A stretch of 63,995 nucleotides of DNA, filler included, from Octopus bimaculoides (GCF_001194135.2; 8 parts of 6 records of this genome joined end to end with filler, not necessarily neighbours in it); one strand, 5' to 3'. Positions 1-11,370 are shown, counted from the whole stretch's first letter. Translations and numbers: made by a program. The notes: generated by a model from the sequence alone, not told the origin.

Positions 1-55
1 TCTGAAAAAATTTTAACAATGTATATATGTTTGTACTTATGTATGTATGTAAAAG

Positions 56-396
56 GGAGGCACAATGACCCAGTGGTTAGGGCAGTGGACTCGCGGTCAT
101 AGGATCGCGATTTCGATTCCCAGACCGGGCGTTGTGAGTGTTTATTGAGCGAAAACACCTAAAGCTCCATGAGGCTCCGGCAGGGGATGGTGGCGAACCC
201 TGCTGTACTCTTTCACCACAACTTTCTCTCACTCTTACTTCCTGTTTCTGTTGTGCCTGTAATTCAAAGGGTCAGCCTTGTCACACTGTGTCTGTGGAGT
301 GCTCAGCCATTTGCATGTTAATTTCACGAGCAGGCTGTTCCATTATTGAATCAACTGGAACCTTCGACGTCGTAAGCGACGGAGTGCCAACAACAA
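56..396 (+). mobile_element. tRNA-derived SINE, family A, near full length
   Basis: Head with A-box-like TGACCCAGTGGTTAG and B-box-like ATTTCGATTCC; body CCTGTAATTCAAAGGG..CAGCC. Related pieces at 18092, 36850 and 55096. Confidence 0.8.
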
Positions 397-429
397 TGTA
401 TGTAAAGGATATGAGTCTTTGTCAGGATC

Positions 430-1330
430 ACTCAAGCTAATAGGTATGCGCTCAGAAGGCTCAGAATAGGTATGCCACTAAAATTCCAGTGTGATTGTTG
501 AAGTTCTGCTTTTGTGACTGCCTTATCCAAAACGGATAAACGTGGCTTCCCCTCGAGTTAGTAGGTAGAGTTTAAGGTAAAAAGGTGAGGCAAACAAACT
601 GGCAAAACTTGACAAGGGCATTTAATTTAATTTAGCTATAAAATGAAAGGCAGAGATAGTTTCTGACAGCTGTTTCTTAGATATTCCAGCTATTGGAATG
701 TTGTACTGAGCAAAGATGCCATACGCTGAGTATTTTGTCATCAGAGTGAGATAGATAGAAAGAGACAAGTTAAACATAAGTAACAGTAACAGTGGAATAA
801 TAGTGCCTCGTCAATGATTGTTGTGGTCCTTTAAGTCCAGACAGGGAGGATAGATCCAAATGAAACTAGTTAGATCCAGTGAGATTGGGTATTCCTTAGG
901 TAAATCAGAAAGAATGGTTTGCAAGTAATCCATAGTGAGGGAAAATGGATGCTAGCAGTTCCAAAGATAAATACTGAGAGGAGGAGTAAATATAGTACAT
1001 TCTGGTGGGAGAAAGATAGGTAGATAGGAGCTTTGTATTAGATATATACTAATCAGTACAGCAAGGGCACTCCTGCCCAGATAGGTTAATGGGGTTTGTG
1101 TATAAAGACAGATAGATAAGGGGTAAATAAAGCAGATGTCCGACCTAAAGGCTGGATAGCAATAGGAGGGGAGTGTGGAGGCGTGATAAAACAGTTATAA
1201 AAAAGATAATAGACGTCAGATGAAGTAGGTGGTCAATTTTACTAGAAGTGAAAAGAGAGTCCAGGCAGTTTTAGATGAGTTAATGCTAGGAATAGATGCT
1301 GTACAAGCAAACAAAAGACTTAAGATTTGA
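430..1330 (-). mobile_element. Highly degenerate LINE ORF2 remnant (possible CR1/Jockey-group APE endonuclease region)
   Basis: Minus-strand frames give short matches such as TKLLSTYLSP, MDYLQTILSDLP and AVTKAEL in LINE-like order; many stops and frameshifts. Confidence 0.3.
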
Positions 1331-1497
1331 GGTTTAAAACTAAGGTTAAAGATTAATATCATAAAAGTGATAAAGAGTAAATGTAAAAAATTTAAAAAAA
1401 TTTTTTTAGATAAACCTAAAATTTAAATTTAAATAAGGTAAAAATTTTAAATTAAGAACTTAGTATCTGCAGTGTTAATGAAGATATATTCCCAAAG

Positions 1498-1772
1498 ACC
1501 TGCCTGTGGAAAAACTAGAAGGACCTAAAGAGTCTGTGTATACACATGCAGAAGGCTTCATGGTGTATATTTATTTAGTAACCATGAAGGGTTATGTATG
1601 TGGCGGTACCAGGTAAGTAATATACCTAAGCTAGATGTTAATGGTAAATTGAAATATTAGTGTTTTTACACTTAGACCTGTGGAAGAAGTTGAAGGACCT
1701 AAAGAATTTGTGTTTACATATGGAGAAAGTTTCGTGCTGCTATCTCTACCTTTCATCATATTGCTAAATTAA
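1498..1772 (+). other. Candidate spliced exon pair (1498-1612 and 1676-1772) carrying a duplicated peptide motif
   Basis: CAG|GTAAGT donor at 1613, TTTTTACACTTAG acceptor ending 1675, 63-nt intron; the join is in frame. PVEKLEGPKESVYTHAEGF versus PVEEVEGPKEFVFTYGESF. Confidence 0.25.
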
Positions 1773-1830
1773 ATGAAATGTCCTTGTCAGATATTGCCTA
1801 ATTGTTTGCCTCACCTTTCTACTTAAACCT

Positions 1831-1842
1831 ATGTATGTGTGC

Positions 1843-1875
<33 letters not shown>

Positions 1876-1985
1876 TGTATGTATGTATGTATGTATGCAT
1901 GTGTGTATGTATGTATGCATGCATGTGTGTATGTATGTATGCATGAGTAATGTGTGCATGTTTGGATGCATATGACATGTATGAT
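1831..1985. repeat. (TATG)n microsatellite
   Basis: Direct reading of the sequence. Confidence 0.95.
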
Positions 1986-2082
1986 TGGATGTAGGCATGG
2001 ATGGGATTGTGGATCATATGTGGATCTTATTACACGCTGAACTTCATAAATGTTTTCCATATTTTGATAGTTTATAGCCATA

Positions 2083-2470
2083 GGAATGGCTGTGTGGTAA
2101 GTAGCTTCCTTACCAACCACATGGTTCCGGGTTCAGTCCCTCTGTGTGGCACCTTGGGCAAGTGTCTTCTACTATAGCTTCGGGCCAACCAAAGCCTTGT
2201 GAGTGGATTTGGTAGACGGAAACTGAAAGAAGCCTGCCGTATATATGTATATANNNNNNNNNNATGTGTGTGTATATGTTTGTGTCTGTGTTTGTCCCCC
2301 GAACATCGCTTGACAACCGATGCTGGTGTGTTTACATCCCTGTAACTTAGCGGTTCGGCAAAAGAGATCAATAGAATAAGTACTACGCTTACAAAGAATA
2401 AATCCTGGGGTCAATTTGCTCGACTAATGGTGGTACTCTAGCATGGCCACAGTCACATGACTGAAACAAG
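2083..2470 (+). mobile_element. tRNA-derived SINE, family B (CORE-like GGCACCTTGGGCAAGTG body, internal TA/TG microsatellite), full length
   Basis: Head TGGCTGTGTGGTAAG...GGTTCAGTCCC; tail CTAGCATGGCCACAGTC..TGACTGAAAC. Many homologous copies in the window. Confidence 0.9.
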
Positions 2471-2494
2471 GAAAAAAAAAAAGAAAAAAAAGTA

Positions 2495-3672
2495 TCTCTG
2501 ATTGTAGGTGTGTTTATTCTGGATTTGTAAATCCCAGTTTCTCAAGATTGGTGCTGGAGCAGTTAGTTATGTAGCTAAGTGCTCCAACGATTATTGGTAG
2601 AAATATAAAGCTATAGTCTGGATGGAGAATCTGCAACTTTCTCATCAGTTTGACATACTTGTCCTGTTTTTTCACTAACTTTTAACATTATGGTAACATG
2701 TGCTGAGCAACTGATTTCAACAACAGTATATAGTTTCTTTTCTCTGTTCTCAATCGTTGTGCATGAGTTGGTGTGCTTGCATTTTATTCAATCTTGCCAG
2801 GGACAATGTTTTGAATTATAAGTTATTATACTTACCACATCACTGCAGCTTCTTATATGTGTCTCAAGATTATCCTTTCCATGAAGGTCATTATAAATTA
2901 TTCTATGACATTACATCTCATATATAGGTAATACTGTGAGAACATTTTCGGGCAACCTCTTATGATATGAGTGACCATCCTCTACTAATCCTGCATTTGA
3001 ATGGTGAATATGCTTCCTTATCTCAACTGTTCATCCAGTATTTTGTGACTATTCCTTGCTCCTGTATTGCAAAAGCATTTCCTTCAAAATGGAACTTAAT
3101 ATAACGGTTGTTAGTCCAAGACGGTTGTTGTCATTTTGAGGCCTTTTCAGAATATAGACATGCATAATCTTTTGCTGGTATGTATGTGCATCCTCTCTTC
3201 TGGTAACCTGCTACAGTAGAGTTGCACAACTTCTCTCACTGTATATCCTAGTTCATCAGTCATGTTATCAGTCTCAGATATGCAAACTTGGTTCATCATC
3301 AATATTTGGTTGTTAGTAGTTGAAGTAATATGATGCAACATTCAAAGGCTGTTGGGATCAATGTTAAATTTCTACCACCTTATTTTTGTTTTAAGTAAAG
3401 GTAGTCTACTTAAATGTTGGTGTGAAAATTCCAGATATGAGTTAACAATTTTCAGATTTTAATATCAATATACTGGAGCTCATCTACTGTTCAATTGAGT
3501 AGCTCACTTGTTGGTATGAACACTGGTACAGCAAGCATGTTGTAGGCTATTGAGTTCTTGCATGCAGAAAGTTCTAAGGACCATATTTTCTTTATCCTGG
3601 TGTTATATTCCATAGTTATATACTTCTTCTGGTAGATGTCATCATCAGAAATATTTTCATCTGTTACTATGT
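2495..3672 (-). mobile_element. R4/Dong-like non-LTR retrotransposon, decayed 3' part (RT C-terminus plus restriction-like endonuclease)
   Basis: EYNTRIKKIWSLELSACKNSIAYNMLAVPVF, then REKKLYTVVEISCSAHV...KQDKYVKLMRKLQILHPDYSFIFLPIIVGALSY, typical of REL-type LINE ORFs. Confidence 0.8.
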
Positions 3673-3674
3673 AC

Positions 3675-5055
3675 CAGTTAAAGATGTCTCCTTCATCTTT
3701 AACCAACAGAAATAATGAAAGTAAGATTGGAAGATTCTTTGGTTCAGACCTCTCATCTGTTTCAAAATACAAATTTTCAAATCCAACCAGGTTCTTTTAA
3801 TTGCTTGAGTATTGGTTCTAGTGTTTGGACCAACATAATGTCTTTCGTGGCTGACAGTAAAATGGCAGAAATTTAGACAAGCTGGCCATTCATCATAATG
3901 AATAACCAAATTTTTCTGCAACTTCTCTTTGGATTATGGGTTCAAGTGTTTCAACAATTTCTTTCTTTTTTTTTTTTTTTTTTNNNNNNNNNNNNNNNNN
4001 NNNNNNNNNNNNNNNNNNNNNNNNNNNNNNNNNNNNNNNNNNNNNNNNNNNNNNNNNNNNNNNNNNNNNNNNNNNNNNNNNNNNNNNNNNNNNNNNNNNN
4101 NNNNNNNNNNNNNNNNNNNNNNNNNNNNNNNNNNNNNNNNNNNNNNNNNNNNNNNNNNNNNNNNNNNNNNNNNNNNNNNNNNNNNNNNNNNNNNNNNNNN
4201 NNNNNNNNNNNNNNNNNNNNNNNNNNNNNNNNNNNNNNNNNNNNNNNNNNNNNNNNNNNNNNNNNNNNNNNNNNNNNNNNNNNNNNNNNNNNNNNNNNNN
4301 NNNNNNNNNNNNNNNNNNNNNNNNNNNNNNNNNNNNNNNNNNNNNNNNNNNNNNNNNNNNNNNNNNNNNNNNNNNNNNNNNNNNNNNNNNNNNNNNNNNN
4401 NNNNNNNNNNNNNNNNNNNNNNNNNNNNNNNNNNNNNNNNNNNNNNNNNNNNNNNNNNNNNNNNNNNNNNNNNNNNNNNNNNNNNNNNNNNNNNNTATGT
4501 ATATATGCATATGTTTGTGTATCTGTGTTTGTCCCCCCAACATTGTTTGACAACCGATGCTGGTGTGCTTATGTCCCCGTAACTTAGTGGTTCGGCAAAA
4601 AAAGACCGATAGAATAAGTACTAGGCTTACAAAGAGTAAGTCCTGGGGTCAATTTGCTCGACTAAAGGTGGTGCTGAAACAAATAAAAGAACACATGTTG
4701 AACCAATCACATATTAATTCAGAACTTCTACCAGTTAATTGATGCCTCTTATCATAAGAGACATCTTGAATAAAATAAAAAATTAATTTTAAAATTTGAC
4801 ACAGAGAAAAATTGCAATAGATTTTGTTATTTAAATCAGTATAATAGAAAAATCATTTCCATTGCAGATAGACGGATAAGTTTGGTAGCCACAAATCTTG
4901 TAACATAAAGATGGCAAAATTTCCCCATTTTTCCTTTTTCTGGAAGCTTCCTTCACATCTCCACCACAACGATGACATGGTGCAACATTTTGAGATCTGA
5001 AGACCGTTTTCTTGTGTTTCTAGCAGATGTTCACTGAATTCATCAATAAAATTAT
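3675..5055 (-). mobile_element. Merlin (IS1016/IS1595-like DDE) DNA transposon transposase remnant, split by a gap and a SINE
   Basis: N-terminal PCHRCGGDVKEASRK...NGNDFFYYTDLN...ICDWFNMC (4690-5050); C-terminal ETLEPIIQREVA / VIHYDEWPA / HFTVSH / NTQAIKRTWLDLK (3700-3965). Confidence 0.75.
4495..4680 (+). mobile_element. SINE family B, 3' half
   Basis: Aligns by eye to 2270-2430. Confidence 0.85.
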
Positions 5056-5190
5056 TTTAATAATAACAAAATCATGTTTCATTTATGCCTTAGTAAATAA
5101 TAATAAGAATAAACCAAGAATAAACAATATAATAATGATAAATGTAAGTAAACTAATGTTTGTCTTTTAGAAGTGTTGAAATGTATTGTA

Positions 5191-5464
5191 AGATACAGAT
5201 AAGGTAATAATTTATTTTCAAGCACAGAAACGCTGATAGAACAGCAGAGACAGGATAAAATATCCATATAAAGTGGGTTAATTTGCCAGTGGGCAGTTTA
5301 GTTTAATTGGTAAAGCACTTGACCAGTAATCAAAGGGATGTGCATTCAGGTCTCATGGCTGGTTGCTGACAAATTTTTCTGCTTTGTATGGATATTTTAT
5401 GCTGTCTCTACTGTTCTATCAGTGTTTTTGCATTTAAAAATAAATTATTACCTTGTCTGTGTCT
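5191..5464. mobile_element. Palindromic element: ~100-bp inverted arms (5191-5291 / 5364-5464) enclosing a tRNA-like core
   Basis: AGATACAGATAAGGTAATAATTTATTTT...CTGATAGAACAGCAGAGACAGGATAAAATATCCATATAAAG matches the reverse complement of 5381-5464 with scattered mismatches. Confidence 0.8.
5292..5363 (+). tRNA. tRNA-Thr(AGT)-like pseudogene
   Basis: 72 nt with canonical cloverleaf spacing: D-arm GTTT/AAGC with GG, anticodon stem TTGA/TCAA, loop CC-AGT-AA (anticodon 5325-5327), T-loop TTCAGGT. T-stem and acceptor stem are degraded. Confidence 0.65.
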
Positions 5465-5649
5465 CAAAACAATATGATAATTAAAATAAGCACATAAATC
5501 ACATATCAAAGTAAATTTGTTCATATTGATCACATGCCAAAGTAGCACTAGCACATAGTAAGCTAAGAAGTATCCAAAAGTAATTGCCCTTTAAGCTTTA
5601 GATCACATGCCAAAGTAGCACCCAGTATTTGTTCTGTATTTCCAGCAGT

Positions 5650-6760
5650 GACTCTGCTTTCTGAATGCATAGTTGCTTTCATAACGTATGTTACATCATC
5701 AATGGAACAAAGTGAATTTACATTACTGAAAGGCGATCATGTTAAACAGTCTTCATCATGTGACCCTCAGTTTCAGTCATACAACATCATTATATACAGA
5801 TTTTATGTCACAACACTTCAGGAACAACAATCTCATTATCAACAATGAGTTTTTGTATAATTGCTTTATAAGGTCTTTCAGTTACTGAATCATTATCCCA
5901 AATATTTATTTTGATTCAATTAATAACATTAAACAAAACTAGATAATTCTTCCTTTGAGCCTATGATTCTTCCATTTCAGCGCATTTGTTTCCACCCAAT
6001 GAATAAATCATGTCTCTATTGTGCTTTCACCTCACTTTATTGGCTCATTCAATTTTATTCTAGATAGAGCATCAACATAGGGAAATGTATTTAAATTCAG
6101 AATTTAAATAGCAAACTAGATTGCTAATCATAATATTCTAACAGATGTTACATTAAGCAGTTCTCTATTCAAATTGAATATACGTTCTAAAATGTTATGG
6201 TCAGTTCTCAAGAAAGCATTTCCATCTTAATAATAAATGTCTGGCTCTTTGCATTGTTCATATAATAACCAAATCCTGTCTTTCAGTATTAGAAAAAAAA
6301 GCTATCTTCAGTTTCAGATCGATAAGAACAGGAACAGATGCATCTCCTGAAACAGTACAGCAGACATTGAACTTTAGCGAGCATCTGTAGTAACTACAAC
6401 CTCTTTTGTCACGTCATATAGATGTACAACGAGTGGTTCAGCCAAATCACTTTGCAAGTTCTTTTCTTCCTTTCTTTTATTTTTTCAGTCAGCATTTGAT
6501 GTTAAATATGAGAGAGCATCCAAACAATGCTACAGTTTTGAGAATGCCTGGTGCTGAAGTTGCTTGCTTAGATGCGAAATGTATGACTTTATGAAAGAGA
6601 CCTTTGTTGATAGATTGGTAAAGATACACAATGTCAAATTAAATAAATTTGCATTAGTTTTTACCCTCAGTTTGTTTGAACCAATTTATCACACCAGTGT
6701 TGTTTCTCCACGTAATTAAATTTGTATAGGCAGTAAATTTTGAAGGAAATTTTACTGCCA
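5650..6760 (-). mobile_element. Ty3/Gypsy LTR retrotransposon pol remnant (RT C-terminus, RNase H)
   Basis: LAEPLVVHLYDVTKEVVVTTDA...SAVLFQE; SNTERQDLVII; LRTDHNILERIFNLNRELLNVTSVRIL; PYVDALSR; SVTERPYK. Multiple stops. Confidence 0.75.
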
Positions 6761-6779
6761 ATACAAATTTAATTATGAA

Positions 6780-6990
6780 GTATATTTTGCAAGCAAGGCT
6801 TAGTTCAGGGTTAATTAACCTACATTTTGGTGAGTTGTTAAAGTTTTCTTTGTGCTTGTTGGATGATATTTTTTTTTTAGTTTTGTGGAATGTATTTTTT
6901 TCTTGGTTTAGCAGTTGGCCTTGTGAACACAGAGTTTTGTTGTCAATTGTTTTACTTGTTTACTTGTATGTTGATAACGGTGTATATGAC
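6780..6990 (-). mobile_element. Penelope-like element RT N-terminal fragment
   Basis: HKENFNNSPKCRLINPELS resembles the recurrent KDHKENF..NPKCRLINP motif of Penelope-like RTs. Confidence 0.5.
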
Positions 6991-8404
6991 ACTATATAAT
7001 TGATTTTATGGATTTTATTTCCTCATGGAATGGTTTGTGCAAAACATAGGCATCTTACTTTGAGGACATCTCATTTGCTTAAGGCACCTGTTGATTGGAT
7101 GCTGGAGGCTATCTAGTTGACCTAAAGCTTTCTGGTAGCTCAAAGATTCCTCATTAGCTTTTCAGTAGAGGAAATTTGTGGTGACATTTGGTGTCTCCAA
7201 ACAAACTAATGTAGGCTGGTAGTAGAACCAATAGGATCTAGTTTGAATACTAGCAAAAGATATTGAGACATATAACACCAACTGCTCCAGAACTTTCTCA
7301 ACAAATATAATAGATTCTACTGGGATGCAACAGATTTAAAACATGTTCCATCATATGTTCCAAGTGCTTAAATGTTGAGATGTACTAAGTAAATCTATAT
7401 GTGAACTAGCATAGCAGCTTCTACTAAATCACTGAAATTTATCAATGTTGTTCCAATCATTCACAAGAAATTCTATCTTCAAGATCACTTCTACATGTTT
7501 AAACCCACACCATCTTAGATATAAGGTGGACATGAGCAGAATGATCAATCTATAATATAATGATTGAAGGAGTGTGGGTCTGTGTCCAATTTATTTTTTC
7601 CCACATTATTAAAAAAGTCATATTACTTTGAAGGAATTAAAAAAAAAAATTTTAAGCTATAAAGTTTATCTGTATATTAAACGTAAATCATAACGCTTAA
7701 TATTACAAGATTCACTTCCATTTGAATTCCATATGTAAACAAATAGCGTTTTTTTTCTCATTCATAAAAAATGTAATAAAGTGAAAAAAAAAACGAAAAA
7801 AAAACAAGTGAGTAAATTATTTTTAAAAGTATTACATAGGGCAAAAACAATAATCCCTATCTAATAGAATTAAGTTTTCAAATTGTGTTAGACTGCAGTC
7901 ATGCTGGGGTACCACTTGAAATTATTTAATCAATAATATAATCTCCCAACACAATTCTTCATACATGGTCAGATGTAATGTTGCATTATCAAGAGGTTCA
8001 AGAAAAGTAAAATATAAAAATATTAACCGAAATAAATGAAAAGGGTCCATTTGCTGATAATTGTGTCTGCAAAAAAATTCTACAGTGATATGAAACATTC
8101 ATTAATCTCTTTTAATTGAAATGTATTTAAGTTTCTTTTTAATTGCTAAGAAATGAACACTAGAAACACCTAAGACGTCTATAAGTGAATATAATGAAAC
8201 AACAATATGGCAAAACTCAACTCTTGATATTGGTAAATGTAATTCATTAATTCCTACCAGGGCATCTATTCATGAACATTTTCCTTTGACAGTCTCATCT
8301 CTTCCCCAATTTTCATTATCATCTTTTCTAAATGTATCATGGATTATTTTACTGATTACAGATTAAACTACATCATCAATTTACTCTATAATTTATGTAT
8401 CATA

Positions 8405-8604
8405 TCTATATCTATATNNNNNNNNNNNNNNNNNNNNNNNNNNNNNNNNNNNNNNNNNNNNNNNNNNNNNNNNNNNNNNNNNNNNNNNNNNNNNNNNNNN
8501 NNNNNNNNNNNNNNNNNNNNNNNNNNNNNNNNNNNNNNNNNNNNNNNCAATAGGCGCAACACATACACCAGCAGAAAACTGTCCGAAGGACGGTTTTCTG
8601 CTAG
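8405..8604 (+). mobile_element. Small non-autonomous Helitron-like element spanning a gap
   Basis: A|TC start followed by TCTATA repeats; 3' hairpin AGCAGAAAACTGTCC-GAA-GGACGGTTTTCTGCT (8570-8602) ending in CTAG|T. Confidence 0.55.
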
Positions 8605-9154
8605 TAATTGTAATAAGACAACATGCAGGACATTTTATATCTTACATGACTAGTTTGATGAAAATGTCAGTTAATCTCCAACCTCTTCTCATAGAAACTA
8701 ACTTGCTACATAAACTGTCGAAAGAAAACATTTGCAACCCAGAAACAAACATGGCAGATATAGTTAGCATAATGTACAGCAAAACATGAGGTAGATTAAA
8801 GACTAAATTAGATTGGTTTTCTCTTTACCAATAAGTCTGTTGAAAACAGGAATGCACAATCAAGACGTGGTCATCCAAGTCACCAGGCAGAATTGTAACT
8901 TTAAATAAGAATTCATTCAGACCATGTTGATATGTTCAAATTATGCTGGCAAGCAATTGCAGATGAATCGATACATAGAATAAAAATAAACAAAGATATT
9001 ATAAGGTGTTTTTACCATGTAAGCTGCATCCTCTATGATAGAGAAATTGAGAAAATACTAAAATCTGTAAAGACCTGCTCAAAATCCTGACAGTACTACT
9101 TCAGTTAATAATTTGAGGTCATTAAAAAAGTAAAAAGATATATAAATATATATG

Positions 9155-9219
<65 letters not shown>

Positions 9220-9263
9220 NNNNNNNNNNNNNNNNNNNNNNNNNNNNNNNNNNNNNNNNNNNN

Positions 9264-9275
9264 TTAATTAATTAA
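9264..9275. other. Artificial scaffold-gap spacer N44-TTAATTAATTAA-N44 (also at 13674, 21497, 37218, 55019, 61015, 62565)
   Basis: Identical 12-mer centred in 100-bp gaps seven times; stop codons in all six frames. Confidence 0.9.
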
Positions 9276-9319
9276 NNNNNNNNNNNNNNNNNNNNNNNNN
9301 NNNNNNNNNNNNNNNNNNN

Positions 9320-9625
9320 GTGGTGGCTGTGGTGGTGGCTGTGGTGGTGGCTGTGGTGGTAGTGATGGCTGTGGTGTGGTTGCGATGGTGGTGGTTGTGG
9401 TTGTGGTTGTGGTTGTGGTGGTGGTTGTTGTAGTGATGGTGGTGCTGATAGTTGTAGTGGTAGTGGAGGCAGTGATAGTGGTAATGGTGGCAGTGGTTGA
9501 CTGTTGTTGTTGTTGCGGTGGTGCTGCTGCTGATGGTGGTGGTCATTATCATTGAGAAAGTGATAATGCTTGTTGTTATTGCTGCTGCTTTTGTTATTAT
9601 CATTATTGTTGCTGCTGCTGTTGTT
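9320..9625. repeat. Compound GGT/TGT/GCT trinucleotide low-complexity tract
   Basis: Direct reading of the sequence. Confidence 0.9.
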
Positions 9626-10010
9626 CTGATTTGTTATATTTTCTTGTATTGAAATCAATGATGAAATTAGTTTGCAAAATTAAATAAATTTAACTGATTC
9701 AATATTCTCTAAATTTCTTTACTTTTCTAAAAATTTACATTTTCTTTCAGTGTCTTGCTGAAATATTGATGACTAATTACGCTGATTTAAAACAGTCAAC
9801 ATATAAACAAATAAGAATGGCTAATTTGAAGTTACAAACAATTGCACAGACATTGTTTACAGCAGAAACAGACTCTCATAGGCAACATAATATACTTCTA
9901 TAATGGTACTTTAAAATAGCCACACACTCAGGCACACACACACACACACATATATATATCGATTTATCTATACTGTCTCTTTCTTTCACTGTATATCTAT
10001 CTATCAATCC

Positions 10011-10098
<88 letters not shown>

Positions 10099-10218
10099 NN
10101 NNNNNNNNNNNNNNNNNNNNNNNNNNNNNNNNNNNNNNNNNNNNNNNNNNNNNNNNNNNNNNNNNNNNNNNNNNNNNNNNNNNNNNNNNNNNNNNNNNNN
10201 NNNNNNNNNNNNNNNNNN

Positions 10219-10259
<41 letters not shown>

Positions 10260-10261
<2 letters not shown>

Positions 10262-10510
10262 AAATAATGCAGAATGGGACAAGAACGCAAAACATCCAGG
10301 CAGTTAGGTGATACAAGAAAGGAACAAAACATACACATAGATGATACAAAGAAAACACGGACATGTCATTCGGAGTTTTCTCTCTTCAGTCGAGATCTAG
10401 ATTTTCTTTGCAATTTCGGCTGATAATTCTCGATATTGCTCCAATCTGGCCAGTCCCAAGGAAAACTAAGCTAAGAGCATTAGGTTCCTTGGAAGAATGT
10501 AGCGAATGTA
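10260..10510 (-). repeat. Interspersed repeat with degenerate hammerhead-like motif; inverted homolog at 11365-11560
   Basis: Shared CTTAGCTTAG...CAGCCGAAA...CTTTGTATCATC blocks in both copies. Confidence 0.5.
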
Positions 10511-10625
10511 TACAAAAAACAAAGACGGAAAAAAAGAACAATGTTACACAAATACAGTAGGAATAATAGCGGGACATAACAACAGATGTCTTTCTATATT
10601 ATATTATATGCATATATAATATATA

Positions 10626-11370
10626 TCATCATCATTTAATGTCCATTGTCCATGCTGGCATGGACCTGGACAGTTTGACCAGGCCAGCATGCTGGAAAGC
10701 TGTACCAGACTCCAGCCTAATTTAGCATGGTTTTCTACGGCTAGATGCTCTTCCTAACACCAGCCCCTCCAAGAGTGTAATGGGTGCTTTTACGTGCCTC
10801 TGGCACCAGTGCAATTGGTGTGACACCGGGGCGCATTTACATGCCAATTTGTGTGACACCAGTATCCTCCACGACTGCGATTTTGCTCGGCTTCATGGCT
10901 CTTCTTCTCAAGCACAACATAATGCCAAATGTCTTGGTCATTGCCTCTGTGAGGCCCAATACTCAAAAGGAACGCAGCCACTTTGCGTCCGTGAGGCCCA
11001 ATGTTCAAGAGATGTTCTTTACATGTCACCATCACGAGTGCACTTGGCTTGACGCATCCTCTCAAGCACAGCACATCGCCAAAGATCATGGGCACCAGCC
11101 ATTGCCTCTGTGAGGCTCATATCTCGAAGATCATGCTTCACCATCTCGTCCCAAGTCTTCTTCCTTGGTTTACCTCTACCACAGGTTCCCTCTACAGTTA
11201 GAGATTGTGACTTCTTTACACAGCTGTCCTCCTCCATACGCATCACATGACCATACCAGTGCAGTCATCTCTCTTGCACACCACATCTGATTTCTCTTAT
11301 GCCTAACTTTCCTCTAAAGAAGTTTACACTCTGTCAAACAAGAAGCTTACACTCTGTCCGTGCTGTCGCT
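10626..11370 (-). mobile_element. RTE-clade LINE 3' end (ORF C-terminus, 3'UTR, (GAT)n tail)
   Basis: MRMEEDSCVKK...VEGTCGRGKPRKKTWDEMVKHDLR...DLWRCAVLE; the 3'UTR matches copies at 43465, 57470 and 59072-60260. Confidence 0.85.

Noticed and set aside
138-440. 100-aa ORF as a host gene
   Set aside because: It lies almost entirely within a family A SINE.
3893-4587. Long ORFs of 200-530 aa spanning N runs (also 11521, 26568, 49007-52366)
   Set aside because: Their length comes from untranslatable N gaps, not coding sequence.
7020-7520. Possible gag region upstream of the Gypsy pol remnant
   Set aside because: Only a vague Cys/His pattern; no convincing zinc knuckle could be read.
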